Shown one piece after another: positions 49,620-62,521 of a stretch of 64,000 nt of DNA. Where the stretch lies: assembly GCF_027921745.1 (NCBI RefSeq), contig NC_079239.1, forward strand, positions 2,108,001-2,172,000, read 5' to 3'. The number at the start of each line of letters is the position of its first letter. The first letter of the stretch is position 1. The DNA comes from Schizosaccharomyces osmophilus (lineage: Eukaryota). Both the position numbers and the translations under genes were made by a program. The notes under the pieces are model-generated. The model was not told the origin of the DNA and did not search any database. It saw nothing but the letters and a program-made list of their open reading frames with translations.

Positions 49620-52600
49620 TTAGTAAGTGCGGCGGATTGCTAACTCCAAAGATTGTAATTCTTCCTTACAGCTCATAGATTTAGGGTCAGTTAGAACAGC
49701 CTTATATTTTTCGATGGCTTCAAGAACAAAAGGAGCATCAAAATTTGGCTTGAATGCTTGGGCAACACCGGCCTTAAGACTGACGTCGTACCATAACTTC
49801 ATTAAGTGTGAAATTTCTTTTACAAGATACAGTAATCTGTCTTTTCCTTGCCAAGGCTTCTCTCTACGGTCATAGAGCTGATTCAAAATAATAAATATCA
49901 ATTCATGAGAAATACCGGCGCTTAGAAAAACATCGACAACCCAACCAGCTGAAGTCGATTCACTTTGCTGTTCAAAACTGTAATTTTCAGCAAGAGCAAC
50001 AATCTTCTCCACCGGAAAGACATTCTCAGATTGAGAAAAACGAAGTGTGAGATTTCTCAAAGTAGAAGCAACCGAATCCACCGGAGAAGATCCGATAGGT
50101 GAAGTTACAGCATTCTCATGCGTTGTTTTAACAATAAATTCCCAACAACCAATTATTTCATCAATACCGTGATAGTCAGCACTTTGGAAAATAGACAAAC
50201 AAATCTCACCGTATCCCAAAGGATCAGCAAAATTATTAAACAACTCTGTAAGCGATAAAATTTCCACGTTCAGTTTGCTCGAAAGCTCCTGTTGTTTTGA
50301 GGCTGGAATTTTTACATCATTAAGAATAGTAACCAAAAGGTCATCTTGAATACTGGCAACTTCCAGCTGTTCACATACACTAAGCATTACCTTATTCATT
50401 TTTTGGCGCAAAAGATTGGGAATGTGGCAGCTACCAAAACCTTTAGCACGAGTTAAATATTCGATTCGTTGTTCAAGATTTAAAGAAAGATTGCTTGTGG
50501 CCAAGTCAAAAAGAACAATAGCTGCATAATAATACATTTCTCTTTTAGCGTAATATTGCCAAAGCAAAATAGCAATTTGTACGTCTTTTGTGCTGTTCCT
50601 TTCCAAGTAATTTTGAATATAAGGTGAATCAATCTCAATTAATCGGTCGGCAAAACCTTTGCTTGCATACCAGTCGTAGAAACAGTAATGGAATAATTCA
50701 TCCTTTGATTGCTGTAAGGCATTATACACAGACATTTTTGTTTGATTAGATTCTTCAGATGATTTAGACTCCAAGTCATCAAGTATCTGGAACACATATT
50801 GATAGCATTTGGAACGGTTCGCAAAGACGTCTGCACGGGTATCATTTTGTGGCATACCGTCGATAAGATATGAAAGGGCTTGATCTTTGTCATCGCGAGC
50901 GCTAGCTACATGAAGTGCTAAATTAACCGCAGATACATACGAATTTAAAGACTTGTATTCTTCGACAGCCAAACGAAGATCTTCGGGTGTAAAAACATGA
51001 GCGGATTTTTTGAAAAGATTGTAAGAAAGCTCGACTAATGATTGGCGGTCTTCAATATCAACGGTTTCTTTAGCTTTTTTCAAAGACTCTACGGCTTTAA
51101 AAACAAGTACATCATCTGCACTACAGAAACTTCCACATCTCTTTCGTAGTAACTGGCTCACTAAATCGATATTACCACCGGCTCGAAGATGCTTGTTGAC
51201 CAAGGCATTGACGAGCTCCTTTGTCACCTCTCTACCATTTTTAGATGTGAAGAATTCACCAAAAGTCAATTTTGAACAAGAATTTTGAGATTCGGGAGAT
51301 ATGGAGGAAGTAATTGCAATAAAATCAGAAACATCGCTTTCATTGAGAAACAAAAGGAACGAAATTCCTTCAATCATTTGCTGAAGGACTAACATCAAAG
51401 CTGATAAAGCTCTATGCTCGGCCTGTACAGCGATTTCTTCTCCCATATTAGAAGAGCCAACTAAGGAATCAGAGCTATTAAGTCCTTCTATAAAACTCTT
51501 GTTGCTTTCTAAAAAGCTCGATAGAGATAATAAACCAGACTGAATTTTTAGTAGTTCGTCAGCTTTAAAAGAAGGTGCATAGTCTACTCGTTTTTTCGAA
51601 TTGGGTACGGTTAACATAACCGGCTTTTTCCAGACTGTACGTAACAAACGTGAAATAGAAGAAGCAAGGCCGTCATGACAACCTGATAGACGTACAAGCT
51701 CATAAGAAGAAGCGTCATACTGGTTGTTATAGCGAGATTGGTCAATAAAAGCTTTACCACCAAATTCAATGAAATACTTTTTAGCGATTTCCAAAAGATC
51801 AGCTTGTGTCAACTTCGTGGTAGGGCCTGCAAAGTTGGCGCTGCTGGCAGTAAAGTCGTTTTGATCGAGGCGACCGCTTATAATGCCCAAACAAGTAGCG
51901 CAACCCTCCGCACGTCCGACACTCTCAAAAAACATTTGCACTTGTCCATCAATTCCAGAAGAAGAAGAAGGTCCCATTCGAATAGCAGAAGCAAGTATAT
52001 CGACTGGACGACGATGAACAATTATGTAGACGCCTGTGTTTGTAAGAACAGCAAAGCTTGGAGGAGGTGTGTTAAATTGGGAAACAAGTTCATTACGCTC
52101 TTCAGAGTTCTGAAGGCATTTAACGTCCTGTACAAATCCCTTTATTGGAAGATACATGGCAGATTCAACTAATGAAGGTTGAGACCCGCTTTGCCAGGCA
52201 TTAGCAATTCTGCCCACTTCAGGAGCAGTGCAACAGAGTGTATCGCCTGCATTAGCATCAGAAGAACTTATAGCAAAAAATAAATCAAAAGTGAAAACAG
52301 TACTCAAGGAAGAGCAATCCATAAATTCGCGCTTTGTTTGAGTAGAGAGGTCTTGAGCTGGCTGTTGCGGGACAGATTGACTTTGAGGGAAAAAGGAAGA
52401 TCCAGAAAACTGGCGCTTGGGCTGATAGTCGTTAGTCTGAAAAGAAGGGGGAAAACGAATGTGAGTAACTTGTAAAGTACTAGGAGGATTTGTAGCAAAA
52501 GAACCATCGGAGGTTTCGAAATAGGAAGTAGCACTACGTCCGCCCCTCATGTAAAATCGACAACCAGTTGAAGTGATAGCAACACAATAAATTTGTTGAG

Positions 52601-53670
52601 ATTCATAAGCAGGGACAGGAACGATTGATACAAGCTTAGTACTTCTTGGGTCAAGCAAGATTGAGGAAGCGTTTAGCATTTGTGCCTGGGAAATCATGGA
52701 ACTGAAGGAATAAGAGACACAACGATGGATATTGGAACTAGAAATTTCATAACAGGTAACAGATGAGCTTTCACGCAAGACGTACAGCAAATTTCGTGAA
52801 TCGTCGACAGCAATCTGTTTGACACCGTCTCCATGAACTCCGTAAGAGAAAAATGAAGGTACGAAGTTGTCAATAGCAGATCCGGTAAGATTCACTTTGT
52901 TGCACTTACGAGAAAACCAACCCTCATCAGACTGATAATAAAATTCGTACAGGTTAGGGTCTCGATTGCCTGAAAAGAAAATCCGGCCATCCTTAGAAGA
53001 AACGATGTTGTTAACATTTAATCCAGGAATTGCAATTTGCATTCCAGTGGAATAGAATGTGAGCTCTCCGGTAAATTTATCAATGGAAACGCCAAGTAAT
53101 ATAATTTCTTGGGTGGTAGCAATTACCAGCAAACACTGCACTTCCTCCACAAACACATTTTTCTTTGGTTGAACAAGCTTCACACTGACAATAGTGTGTG
53201 AGAGATCTTCATATGCCTGAAAGTTCTGGCCAGACAAGTAGTCCCAAAGGAAAAGACGATTGTCTACTGTAATCCATGCACGCTGTATTTCAGAAAACAA
53301 ACCCATCTGGGTAAAGCATTCAGTTCCTATACCAGCAGGTCAGAAAAGGCCAAAGCAAGCTATAACAAGATGACTTACGGTTATATTGCTCAAAAATGCG
53401 ATCCGGAATGTTAATTACTGAACGTAAATAAAATGGTTTCCAGCCGTTCAACGGCTGGCTAACATATTCTGGAGAATGCACATCTACAAAAGAAAAGTTA
53501 GTAATCTTAATTGAAGCTGTAAAAGCGCTTTTCATACGACCAATGATGTCGCCAAGTTCTGGCAATTTAGTATCTCGTTCTGTTGCTGCTTCGATGGCAG
53601 CAAATCCTCTTGCTAACGGCTCGTATAGTCCATTTTTTGAGGAGGAAAAAGAAGCACCATCGATATCCAT
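49620..53670 (-). CDS. nup155: Nucleoporin Nup155/Nup157/170; exons 53670-53538, 53483-53379, 53326-49620
   Basis: MGLFSEIQRAWITVDNRLFLWDY, EGWFSRKC, DELFHYCFYDW, LEQRIEYLTRA; canonical introns. Confidence 0.93.
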
Positions 53671-53981
53671 GGTTTTCAAGCCCCGAAGAAGAAAAGCTTG
53701 AGAAGTTGGCTGCTGGTGCGTTTCGTTAGGAAGTAGGTAGTGTACAAGGATGAGGTCAAATGAAATGCATATTTTGATGTATATGTTTTTACATATATAG
53801 CCGTAAAAAAAATTAATTTCTATAGGCAAGTTATTACAAGATACATGTCTTTACAGCTAGTCATCTTGGAAACTATATAAAGCCCCGAACCACCCACTGC
53901 ATTTTATCTTCTGCCAACCTCAAAAAGGTATAGAAAAAAGGAACGAAAATGTACTGATTGTATAATTAGTTTAATTATATG

Positions 53982-54159
53982 GTAAGTTGCTTCTTATTTA
54001 AAGAAAGATCTTATGTTTGCAAGGATGATCACTCGATAGGGACAACAGAAAAATGCTGTTGAAAAAAATCCGGGAAAAGATAGTAGATATATAGCTGAGC
54101 TTCTTTATGATCTTTCTTTTTTAATTTTCAATTAAAAATAAGTATCTAACATTGTTTAG
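53982..54159 (+). other. Spliceosomal intron of a non-coding snoRNA host transcript
   Basis: GTAAGT (53982), CTAAC (54146), TAG (54157-54159); TATATAAA at ~53874; joined exons give only ATG GAG CTT TAG. Confidence 0.75.
54018..54100 (+). ncRNA. Box C/D snoRNA, snR64/SNORD74-like; predicted to guide 2'-O-methylation of the large-subunit rRNA C equivalent to S. cerevisiae Cm2337
   Basis: C-like box AGGATGA (54022), guide GATAGGGACA followed by D' CAGA and complementary to rRNA UGUCCCUAUC, C'-like TGTTGA, second antisense tract AGATAGTAGATA, D box CTGA (54095); flanking stem AAAGAAAGATC/GATCTTTCTTT. Confidence 0.85.
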
Positions 54160-54678
54160 GAGCTTTAGATAGTTATTTGATATCGAACATGAATATATTA
54201 GTGGTTTTTCTGTTTTAATAATATGGGATTTGTAAAATCTGTTGTTATGTAGTAGTCTTTTGTTGTGGGAAGTGTGTAGTTTGGGTTGTGAGTGACTGTA
54301 TAAGTGCATTTGACAGAAAAAAAAGTTGTTTGGTGTGTATCTTGGGATTATCAAAGTGAGGTAGTAGGGTGTCGATGAACAGATGAGAGAGGTGAGCGTT
54401 GGTTTTAATTTGTTACTACATAATCGATTATGAACAAAAGTTACGCATTGAATAATATGACTGCAGATGGACCACTACGTGCTCGTCTTCTGGATTCTTT
54501 GCGTCCTTTCCATTTGTTCAAGAATACTCGTCTTTATTCAATATTGGTTCCCATTAAAATTCAATGGTTTACTACATTTGCCAAATATAAATCATTGTTA
54601 AACACAAAAATCATTTATCATATTAATACAATATTAAAGACCGTACATATACCGAACAAAGACCGCATCCAAAACTGA

Positions 54679-55566
54679 TTAACCCTTAATTCCCAAAATT
54701 TCACGTAATGCTGTAGGATCACTGACTGCAGCACGCTTCTGTGCAAGAAACTTTCTTCGAGTGTGAAAATGCACATTTGTGGGCTTCTTGCGAGAAGAAC
54801 TCTTGGTATCCGCATCTTCGTCCTCTGAGTCCGAGGAGGCAGAAGAGGAAGCATGTTTCCTCTTACGCTTAAGTTTCTTTTCCTCTTTTTCTTTCTTGTC
54901 AGACTTTGTCGAAGATTTCTTCTTTGAGGAATCCTTCTTTTCTTTCTTTTTGTCCTTGGAATCCTTCTTGTCCTTCTTCAAATGCTTGGTTTTCTCTTCT
55001 TTCTTATTTGAGGACGAAGACGAGTGTTTAGACTTCTTTTCTTTCTTCTTTTTCTTGCTTTCCTTCTCGGAAGAGCCTGAATTTTCATCGTCAGAGCTTG
55101 CTTCAGCAATTCTGTTTTCATCTTCGGCGGCTTTCTTCATCCAATCTGTAAACTCGCTTGTAAATGTTCCACCCAAAACAAAACGACGTGCCAGTTCAAG
55201 AGATCGAAGATTTTTAGCCTCAGCGTCTTGACGCTGATCCAATTGCTTCCGGTGCCTTGCTTTTTCAGCTGACATTCCGTAGGCGTTTTCATCACCATTC
55301 AATCTTCCAAAAATAGCATTAAATTCACCTAACCCACTCCACTCGGTGTCGTTGGAAGGTTTAGCTCCAATACCAAGTGTATCATCTTTCAAGGACACTT
55401 TGATGTTGTGAATTCGGCCATGCTGTTGTTGGCCAAGGCCATTTCCGTCCTGCCAACCGTAGGAAGCTAGCAATTTGAACCCTTTACGATCCTTATTCTT
55501 TGCCCATCTGGAATTTCTTGGATCAGCCCCAATTTGTTGTTTTGCTTTATTTCCTGCCAATCCCAT
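54679..55566 (-). CDS. pxr1: G-patch ribosome biogenesis protein (Pxr1/Gno1/PinX1)
   Basis: MGLAG...DPRNSRW...GFKLLASYGWQDGNGLG...DDTLGIGA; lysine-rich KKE tail. Confidence 0.92.
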   Translation of the reverse strand: MGLAGNKAKQQIGADPRNSRWAKNKDRKGFKLLASYGWQDGNGLGQQQHGRIHNIKVSLKDDTLGIGAKPSNDTEWSGLGEFNAIFGRLNGDENAYGMSAEKARHRKQLDQRQDAEAKNLRSLELARRFVLGGTFTSEFTDWMKKAAEDENRIAEASSDDENSGSSEKESKKKKKEKKSKHSSSSSNKKEEKTKHLKKDKKDSKDKKKEKKDSSKKKSSTKSDKKEKEEKKLKRKRKHASSSASSDSEDEDADTKSSSRKKPTNVHFHTRRKFLAQKRAAVSDPTALREILGIKG

Positions 55567-56376
55567 TGTAGTATATATGAGTTCAACGGAGAAGTACCAA
55601 CAAAATTAACAATTTTCTAAATCACGAATATACAAGAAGATAAGTCCAGTCACTCTATACCAAAAAGAGAGTCCTTAGAGAATAAATAGTACAGTTACTT
55701 CGAAAGTATGAAAAAAAAAATCCAGATTGCCAAGGTTGAAAACGAGCTTGTAGTAAATTCCCAATTCAACAATAAGGAACGCTGTTCTGTCTTGCAAAGC
55801 CCAAGTCAAATGAAAATTCCTTTTGTTCTTTAATATCTGTTAATATGGAATTGGACTTTCCAGAGGTTCCTCAAATCCTTGGTTTGACCTGGATGTGGTA
55901 GTGAATAAGTGAGGATGGCCTGGCAAATCGTACTTTCAGATCGGTGGGCTTTTTCGTACTGAATGAAATTAAGTAGGAAGAAAGATATCTTTTTGAGAAA
56001 GGCGTGAAGCAATGAATCAATTTTTTTTTTTTTTTTTTTTCAGACTGACAAAGTTCTTTTTTGCATAATTTCTCACTGAGTAGCAATTGGACTAAGCTTC
56101 ATTCCAAGAAAAATTTACAAATACAAAATGGAATTTTTTTTAATGAAATATGAAGGATTAAAGGATAAGGAATGCTGTGTTTGAAGAGTTGATCTCTGAG
56201 GAGAAAAAAGGGTGTTCTTAAACACGAAACACGAATTCAGTCTCTCTTTTTATAAAATTGATTCTATTTCTTTTAAGTAGCTCTTTTCAAACTGTTTTGT
56301 TGCGCTCGTATCTCCGCCAGTTTAAGACTTTCCTACTTCCTCAGCTGGTCTCTACATTCAACTTTTACCAACCCCA

Positions 56377-58078
56377 ATGGATACGAAAACGAACCCTACG
56401 GGACAAGTGCAGGTTCGCTTTACGACAAGGAATCCAGAATTAACTGTTGGTGATACACCAATTCTGATTCCGACTTCTTTGAAGCGTTATGGATTGTCAC
56501 AAATTGTCAACCATCTTTTAAAACCAGGTATGGAGTTTCCCTTGACAAGCTATGTTTTCATGAGCATTGAAGCGAGGAAATCATGTTGTTTATGAGTTTT
56601 TTTTTTACGTATGAAGGCGTACACAAGTAAGGGACTATCGCTTTTGTCGATTAAAAGTTTCGAAGAATTGCAGTGTTTTCTGACAACCTCTAATTGGTAC
56701 TTTTTCTCTTTTTTCTTATTTTAGCTAAGATTCCTTCTTCTTTTTCTTCATCTTTACGCAGAATTCATAATGATGAAAGATAATCAAGAAAAAGCTTGTG
56801 TCGTTCTTTCAAAAAAACTCATTAGCATGCCGCTTTCTTCTTCGCGTCCATTCTTTATCTTGTCTTTTATTTTCCATAATTTTTCTCCTCACCTCACGTA
56901 CTAACTTACTAGACAAATCTACTCCTTTTGAGTTCTTGATTCAAGGTAACCTTCTACGAACCTCTTTAGACGATTACATTGTTCAAAATGGACTCTCCAC
57001 TGAGTCCACTTTGGATCTTGAATACATAGAATCAACTCTTCCTCCTCAATATCTTGCTTCTTTTCCTCACGATGATTGGATTTCCAGCGTTCAGCTCTCT
57101 GCCAACTATATCTTGACCTCTTCTTACGATGGTATAGCTCGCATTTGGGACAAAAGCGGTCAAGTTAAGTTACAGACTCCTGGTTTAGGCTCATCTTTAA
57201 AAAATACTGCCTGGAAAAATCCAGAGACAAGCTTTTTAACATCATCTCTTGACCAGAAGATTCATTTTTGGGAAATTGAAGATGATCTTTCCAAGATTGG
57301 GAACGGGAAATCTACAGCAAATTTTAGTACAACCTTTACTGGCCATAAGGGTCTCGTAGAACGTATTCGTGCTCTACCTGAAACCAACATTTTTTTATCT
57401 GCTTCGGCTGATAAAACGGTTGGTATCTGGGACTTTGAAAGATCACCAGAAACTACAGTGGAGTCATCAAGTGCGACTTCCTCGAAACGTCGTCGTAAAA
57501 ATGATGAACTTGTTCCTCGTAAAGGTGCTCGTGCTCCCCTGTTCTTATGTGAAGGGCACAGCGATAACGTAACAGATGTAATTTTTTCTCAGGATCCTTC
57601 TGCTGCTTATTCGGTTGGTCTTGATCATACTATCAAAACCTGGGATCTTATTACTGGCCAGACTGTCGCTTCAAGGATTACAAAGAACCCCCTTCTTTGT
57701 GTTGAAAAGTTAAACGATCTTCACCTTCTTGCCTGCGGCTCATCCGCTCGTTCTATCACACTCCATGACCCTCGTGTTACAAGTGATAAAATTACTTCTA
57801 TGACTTTGTCAGGACATAAGAATTTAGTCTCAGATTTATGTGCCAGTCCCGAAAATCCTTATATGTTTGCATCCGTCTCACACGATAATTCATGCCGCGT
57901 TTGGGATGTACGTGCTACATCTGGCAGTATTTATACATTGCCAAGAACTGTCAAGGGAGGCTCCCAATGGGATAAACTTTTCTCCGTCGACTGGAACAAA
58001 TCTATCGGTATTGTTTCTGGTGGTACCGACAAGCAGCTTCAAATAAATCAATCTTCATCCTTCGACAAAAGCCAGTAA
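56377..58078 (+). CDS. ytm1: WD40 ribosome biogenesis protein (PeBoW/Nop7 complex); exons 56377-56527 and 56913-58078
   Basis: NLE domain QVRFTT...LKRYGLSQIVNHLL|...FEFLIQGNLLRTSL; HDDWISSV; WD repeats. Confidence 0.93.
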
Positions 58079-58301
58079 AAGGGGCTTCGTATTTTAATTT
58101 AATAGGTTAAAACGGGACAATAAGGATTTTGAGAATACAAAAAAAATTTTGGGAATCGGTGAATTTCTATGTGTTTAAGGACTTCCTTTATTTAGTTACA
58201 AATAGATACAAGTTTTGAATCAATACAAAATTGAACTTTAAAACATATAATTAAACGAAACTAACAATAGCATTTAACAATAAATAGGTCATTACTTGTA
58301 T

Positions 58302-60518
58302 CTAAAAAATGTCGGAAAAATGCCTTGAAGAATCGGATGTAAAACTTTCTTCAGGCTCATCTTCCTCCTGTACAAAATTTTGGTTATTATACATTAACGA
58401 CGACGAGGTTGGAGCTATACGACGAGCAGCGCCAATAGTAAAGATGGCAGTAGCATTAACCCGTGTGTTATTGGAATCGCCACCGGAAAATTGAAAGCTT
58501 TTATGCAAACGATCTATAGGATGATGATAAGATGTAGGTCGAGTGCCAGATCCAGTTGACGGACGAGAAGACACAATCGATACTAACGAAGCTGAAGACG
58601 TCGAAGATAGATTCGAATATGATCGTGTCAGAGAGGACTTGGAAGAATTTACGGATGATAGCTGGGACAAGTTGCATCCGCGACAATTGGAAAGACGATT
58701 ACTTATATTTGGAAGACTGGTAGATATTAGAGATCCTTCAGATACTGAAGCCGGTGATTGAAAATTCTCTGAAGTGTTTTTTTCAGAAGTAGGAGAAACA
58801 GATAGGCTCTGCTTTTCTTCTTCTTTCGGCTTGGATCTTCTATAATGAGGATCTGTGGAAGGACAAGACTGCTGAACAATGGGACTCTTTCGAGGAACCA
58901 CTATCGCCTCCGTCGAGGAAACTGAGTTGAAAGGCCGTTTATAATCGCTTCCATTTTTGCTTGAAGTACTATCAAAGGAATTCTTTTTTCTAAGAATTTT
59001 ACTGTTTTTTGAGCATTTCGAAGACGTTGAAACAGTATCAAAGCTTGGGGAAGCCGTCCGCGAGGTATGTTTAGACTTAGAATCAAGCAACCAACTTTTG
59101 AACGTAGAAAGCAAGTTCCCAGTGCTTTGTCCAGGGTAAGACCGAGAAGAATTATTGAATTTTGAATTATTAGAGGTTACAGACACCTCGGCGGTTTCTA
59201 ATGAGGGGGAAGACGGCGGGATATGAAAGGAAGAAGACTTTCCCTTGGAATGTTGCAAATAAAACAAATGAATTTTCTTGTTCTCCTTTTTTGTTTCCTT
59301 TTCAAGTAGCAATAGCCACCACCCATATAAAAGATCACAACGTTTTTCAGAAATACTCAAGTTCAGTTGACCGATATCGACGCCGACCAATTCCAGCCTT
59401 CGACGAACTTTATCGTCTGCTTTAGTAGATATCGTAACATCTTTAATTGATGAGAAATGATATCTATTATCCCGAAAAAAAGGATGGGAGATGATTTGGT
59501 CGATGGAAGGTCGGAAACGATAATCTTTGCGTAACAAGCGAATAAGTAAGTCAGTTGCATTAGGGGATATCGTTTCTGGTATGAATGGCTGTTCATTTAT
59601 AATTTTATGTTCGGTCAGACTGGTGTCGTCTTCATCAAATGGCAAACGACCGACCAACATTGCATACATGATAATACCAAGAGACCAAATATCGGCGCAT
59701 TCGCCAATATATTTCTGACCGAGAACAATTTCAGGAGCACAGTAGGCTACAGTGCCGCAGCGTGTACTCATAAACGTTCGGCGTGAACAATCAGTGTCCC
59801 TTGAAAACCCAAAATCACCAATTTTAATATCGAAATTTTTGTCTAGAAAAATGTTTTCAAGTTTCAAGTCGCGATGAACACAGCCTTGCGTGTGTAAATA
59901 TTTAATAGCGCAACACAATTGCCAAAACAGCTTGCAAGCCTTCTTTTCAGTCAACGCCTCTTGACGAGAGACAAATTCATACAATTCCCCATTGGGGCAA
60001 TACTCCATTGCTAGGTAGATTCGATCTTCCGCACATATCACTTCATACAGGCGCGTGATGTTGGGATGCAACAACCGACGATGATGATGAATTTCTCGGG
60101 CTAAAATGACAGCCTCTCTACGAGAAGACGATTTCAGAACGACCTTTATCAACTAGTTAATTTCTTGTTTCTTGCAAGAGAATGTGCCTTCCACCCGGGA
60201 AACAACAAAACAAAACATCTAGCCTCTCATTTGGAATATCATTACAATTTCCTTGATCAAGCATGCTTTCACTTTTGGCATTATGCTACATACCTTTGTG
60301 TTTGTAAGGAGATGAACTGCAAGGTACACTTTTCCAAAACTCCCTAATCATACTTCTGTAAGTAATCTGGCCTCAAGAGCAAACAATTCAAGTAGAAATT
60401 TTTACCAACCCTCACCGACGACGCTTTCAACGCGATATGTTCCAATGATCGTAATTCGAGGATTGGTGATGCTCGCAATTAGATCATTATAAGAGGCCGA
60501 TAACTGTTTAGAACTCAT
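58302..60518 (-). CDS. ppk16: CAMK-like Ser/Thr kinase; exons 60518-60410, 60343-60294, ~60152 (or 60143)-58302
   Basis: Spliced VGEG|SFGKV; HRDLKLEN, DFGFS, CGTVAYCAPE; symbol from synteny. Confidence 0.8.
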
Positions 60519-61018
60519 GTTAGACTATTTTCATCCTGCATAATTTAATCCTTACATTTGCCCTTTCATTCTTCTTCATATTAGATATTGGCTATCATAA
60601 TATTGAAAGTTGACCTGCTCTATTATGTCGTTGTAGTAGCAGTATTATTTTTCTCGGAAAACTCACCGAAGAGATATCGAAAGGTCACCGAATATCGGTG
60701 AGTTCTCAATCTGAGGTTTACGTACTGTAAGGAAATACCAGGTTCTATTTACACATCAAAAGAAGTGTGAAATTATCATAAAAACCGAAGTTTTTAGACG
60801 TTACGATTGCATTGAATGAAATAAAAGGTGCTTTTTGAATAATAGTTTATGATATATATGAGTTTTTCTTTCGATTTCTAGGGCGTTGAGGTTTTGTTTC
60901 TTTTCGAGCACTTTTAAAGTATTCATTGCGTGCATTCTCCATAGACGTTGGATTTTTCATTTAATTAACGGAGTTTGTTTTATTTTATTGCTTTACTGAG
61001 CGTCCTTCTCAGCTTCAA

Positions 61019-62521
61019 ATGAGTAATATGAATAGCATTCAAGAGGATCAATCTATTCCTCAAAATTTTATGTCAAAGGAGGGCAATACATACGGGCAGC
61101 GAGATTCCGGTTTTTTTCGAGGAACTGAAGACGCGATGCCAGCTCCTAAATTATATCCCAAACTAAGTGCGCGATCAGCCACTACTCAATATCAGTTCAA
61201 GGAATCGTTAAATAAGCGTGTAAATGACCGTCTACATTCTTTAGAAATGCATCGGCCATCTTATGACGCTCCTATGGCTTCATATTCTTCGGCGCCTTCC
61301 CATGGTAGTACACCCCGACAAATGCGCATGCACCCACCTCAAATTTTTCAGCACAAGACTCCCGAATTTAAGCATCGAAAACGAAATGCAGAGTCTGTTG
61401 TCACGCCAAAAGCTCCTGTTACTTCGGCAGGTGTCCCTACGAATAATGCACCTAATACTTCCACACAAGCACTCCGTCAGCCTGCTCCCGCTTCCTATGT
61501 ACCCTCATCGACATCATCCTTTTCATTCCGTCCACCAAATACGAGCTCACAACCTCAAATCGATGATCAATCTGCCTCGCACGTAGCTTCGGTCAGTTCT
61601 CAAAAGAACAATCCTGCCGATTCCTCCATGCAGGTTGCACAACCCGTCTCTCGTTTTGCGCCAGCACCTCCATCGACAGAATTAAGCAATCCTTCGATTC
61701 CAAATTCCTCTGACTTACCTCCAGAAATAACCCTTAGTGCTTCACAGAAGCAGCAAGCAGCACTGGAGGCCGAAGTAGAAAGCTACAAGGCGAAGCTGAA
61801 TGGCAGTCAGCATGAAATAAATTCTCTTCATACTTCTTTATCGTATCTTTCTGGCCAATTAATTGCGATGAATGAGCAATATCAACATCTGCAAAACGAA
61901 TATGCTGTCGCTTCGTCTGCTAAGGGTACTAGTCAAAAGCTTATTGAAGCACAGGAAGAAGACAAGACATCCGTCTCTAGTGTTTCTTCTTCTTCTTCTT
62001 CTGCAAAAAGGCAAACGTACACTCAGGAAGATGTTGACAAGTTGCTTCAGGAACGAATGGAAAAAGTCGCTGAAGATCTTCATGCTCAGTATTCTGCTAA
62101 ACATACCCAAAAAATTTCTGCTTTCAAAGTCAATTATGCGAAAAAGTATGATTTTACTATACAAGAGCTACAACAACAAGTTACCGTTGCCGCTGCTAAT
62201 TCCAACGTTGGTGATCCCTCTTGGGAATTAGAAAGGAGAAATCTGCAGGAGGACAACGATACCCTTCGAAAACAATTGGAAAGAGCTATTCAAGAGCGCC
62301 AAGAAATGTCTGCCTTCTTGGAGAACTTTAGAGCTGACATGGCCTCTACTGATCGTAGTTTTATCCAAAAACAATCTGAACAAACGGATAACTTGAATGT
62401 CTTGAATTCTCAAATTGAAGCTTTGCAAGAGCAGCTTAGAATTGAACGAGATGAACGTCAAGCAGTTATTCGAATGAGCGAAGAGCTTGCTCAAGTTATA
62501 GAAACTCTTGGAACAAAGTAA
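61019..62521 (+). CDS. alp7: TACC-family coiled-coil microtubule protein
   Basis: Low-complexity N-terminus, EDLHAQYSAKHTQKISAFK motif, long C-terminal coiled coil; synteny. Confidence 0.75.
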   Translation: MSNMNSIQEDQSIPQNFMSKEGNTYGQRDSGFFRGTEDAMPAPKLYPKLSARSATTQYQFKESLNKRVNDRLHSLEMHRPSYDAPMASYSSAPSHGSTPRQMRMHPPQIFQHKTPEFKHRKRNAESVVTPKAPVTSAGVPTNNAPNTSTQALRQPAPASYVPSSTSSFSFRPPNTSSQPQIDDQSASHVASVSSQKNNPADSSMQVAQPVSRFAPAPPSTELSNPSIPNSSDLPPEITLSASQKQQAALEAEVESYKAKLNGSQHEINSLHTSLSYLSGQLIAMNEQYQHLQNEYAVASSAKGTSQKLIEAQEEDKTSVSSVSSSSSSAKRQTYTQEDVDKLLQERMEKVAEDLHAQYSAKHTQKISAFKVNYAKKYDFTIQELQQQVTVAAANSNVGDPSWELERRNLQEDNDTLRKQLERAIQERQEMSAFLENFRADMASTDRSFIQKQSEQTDNLNVLNSQIEALQEQLRIERDERQAVIRMSEELAQVIETLGTK

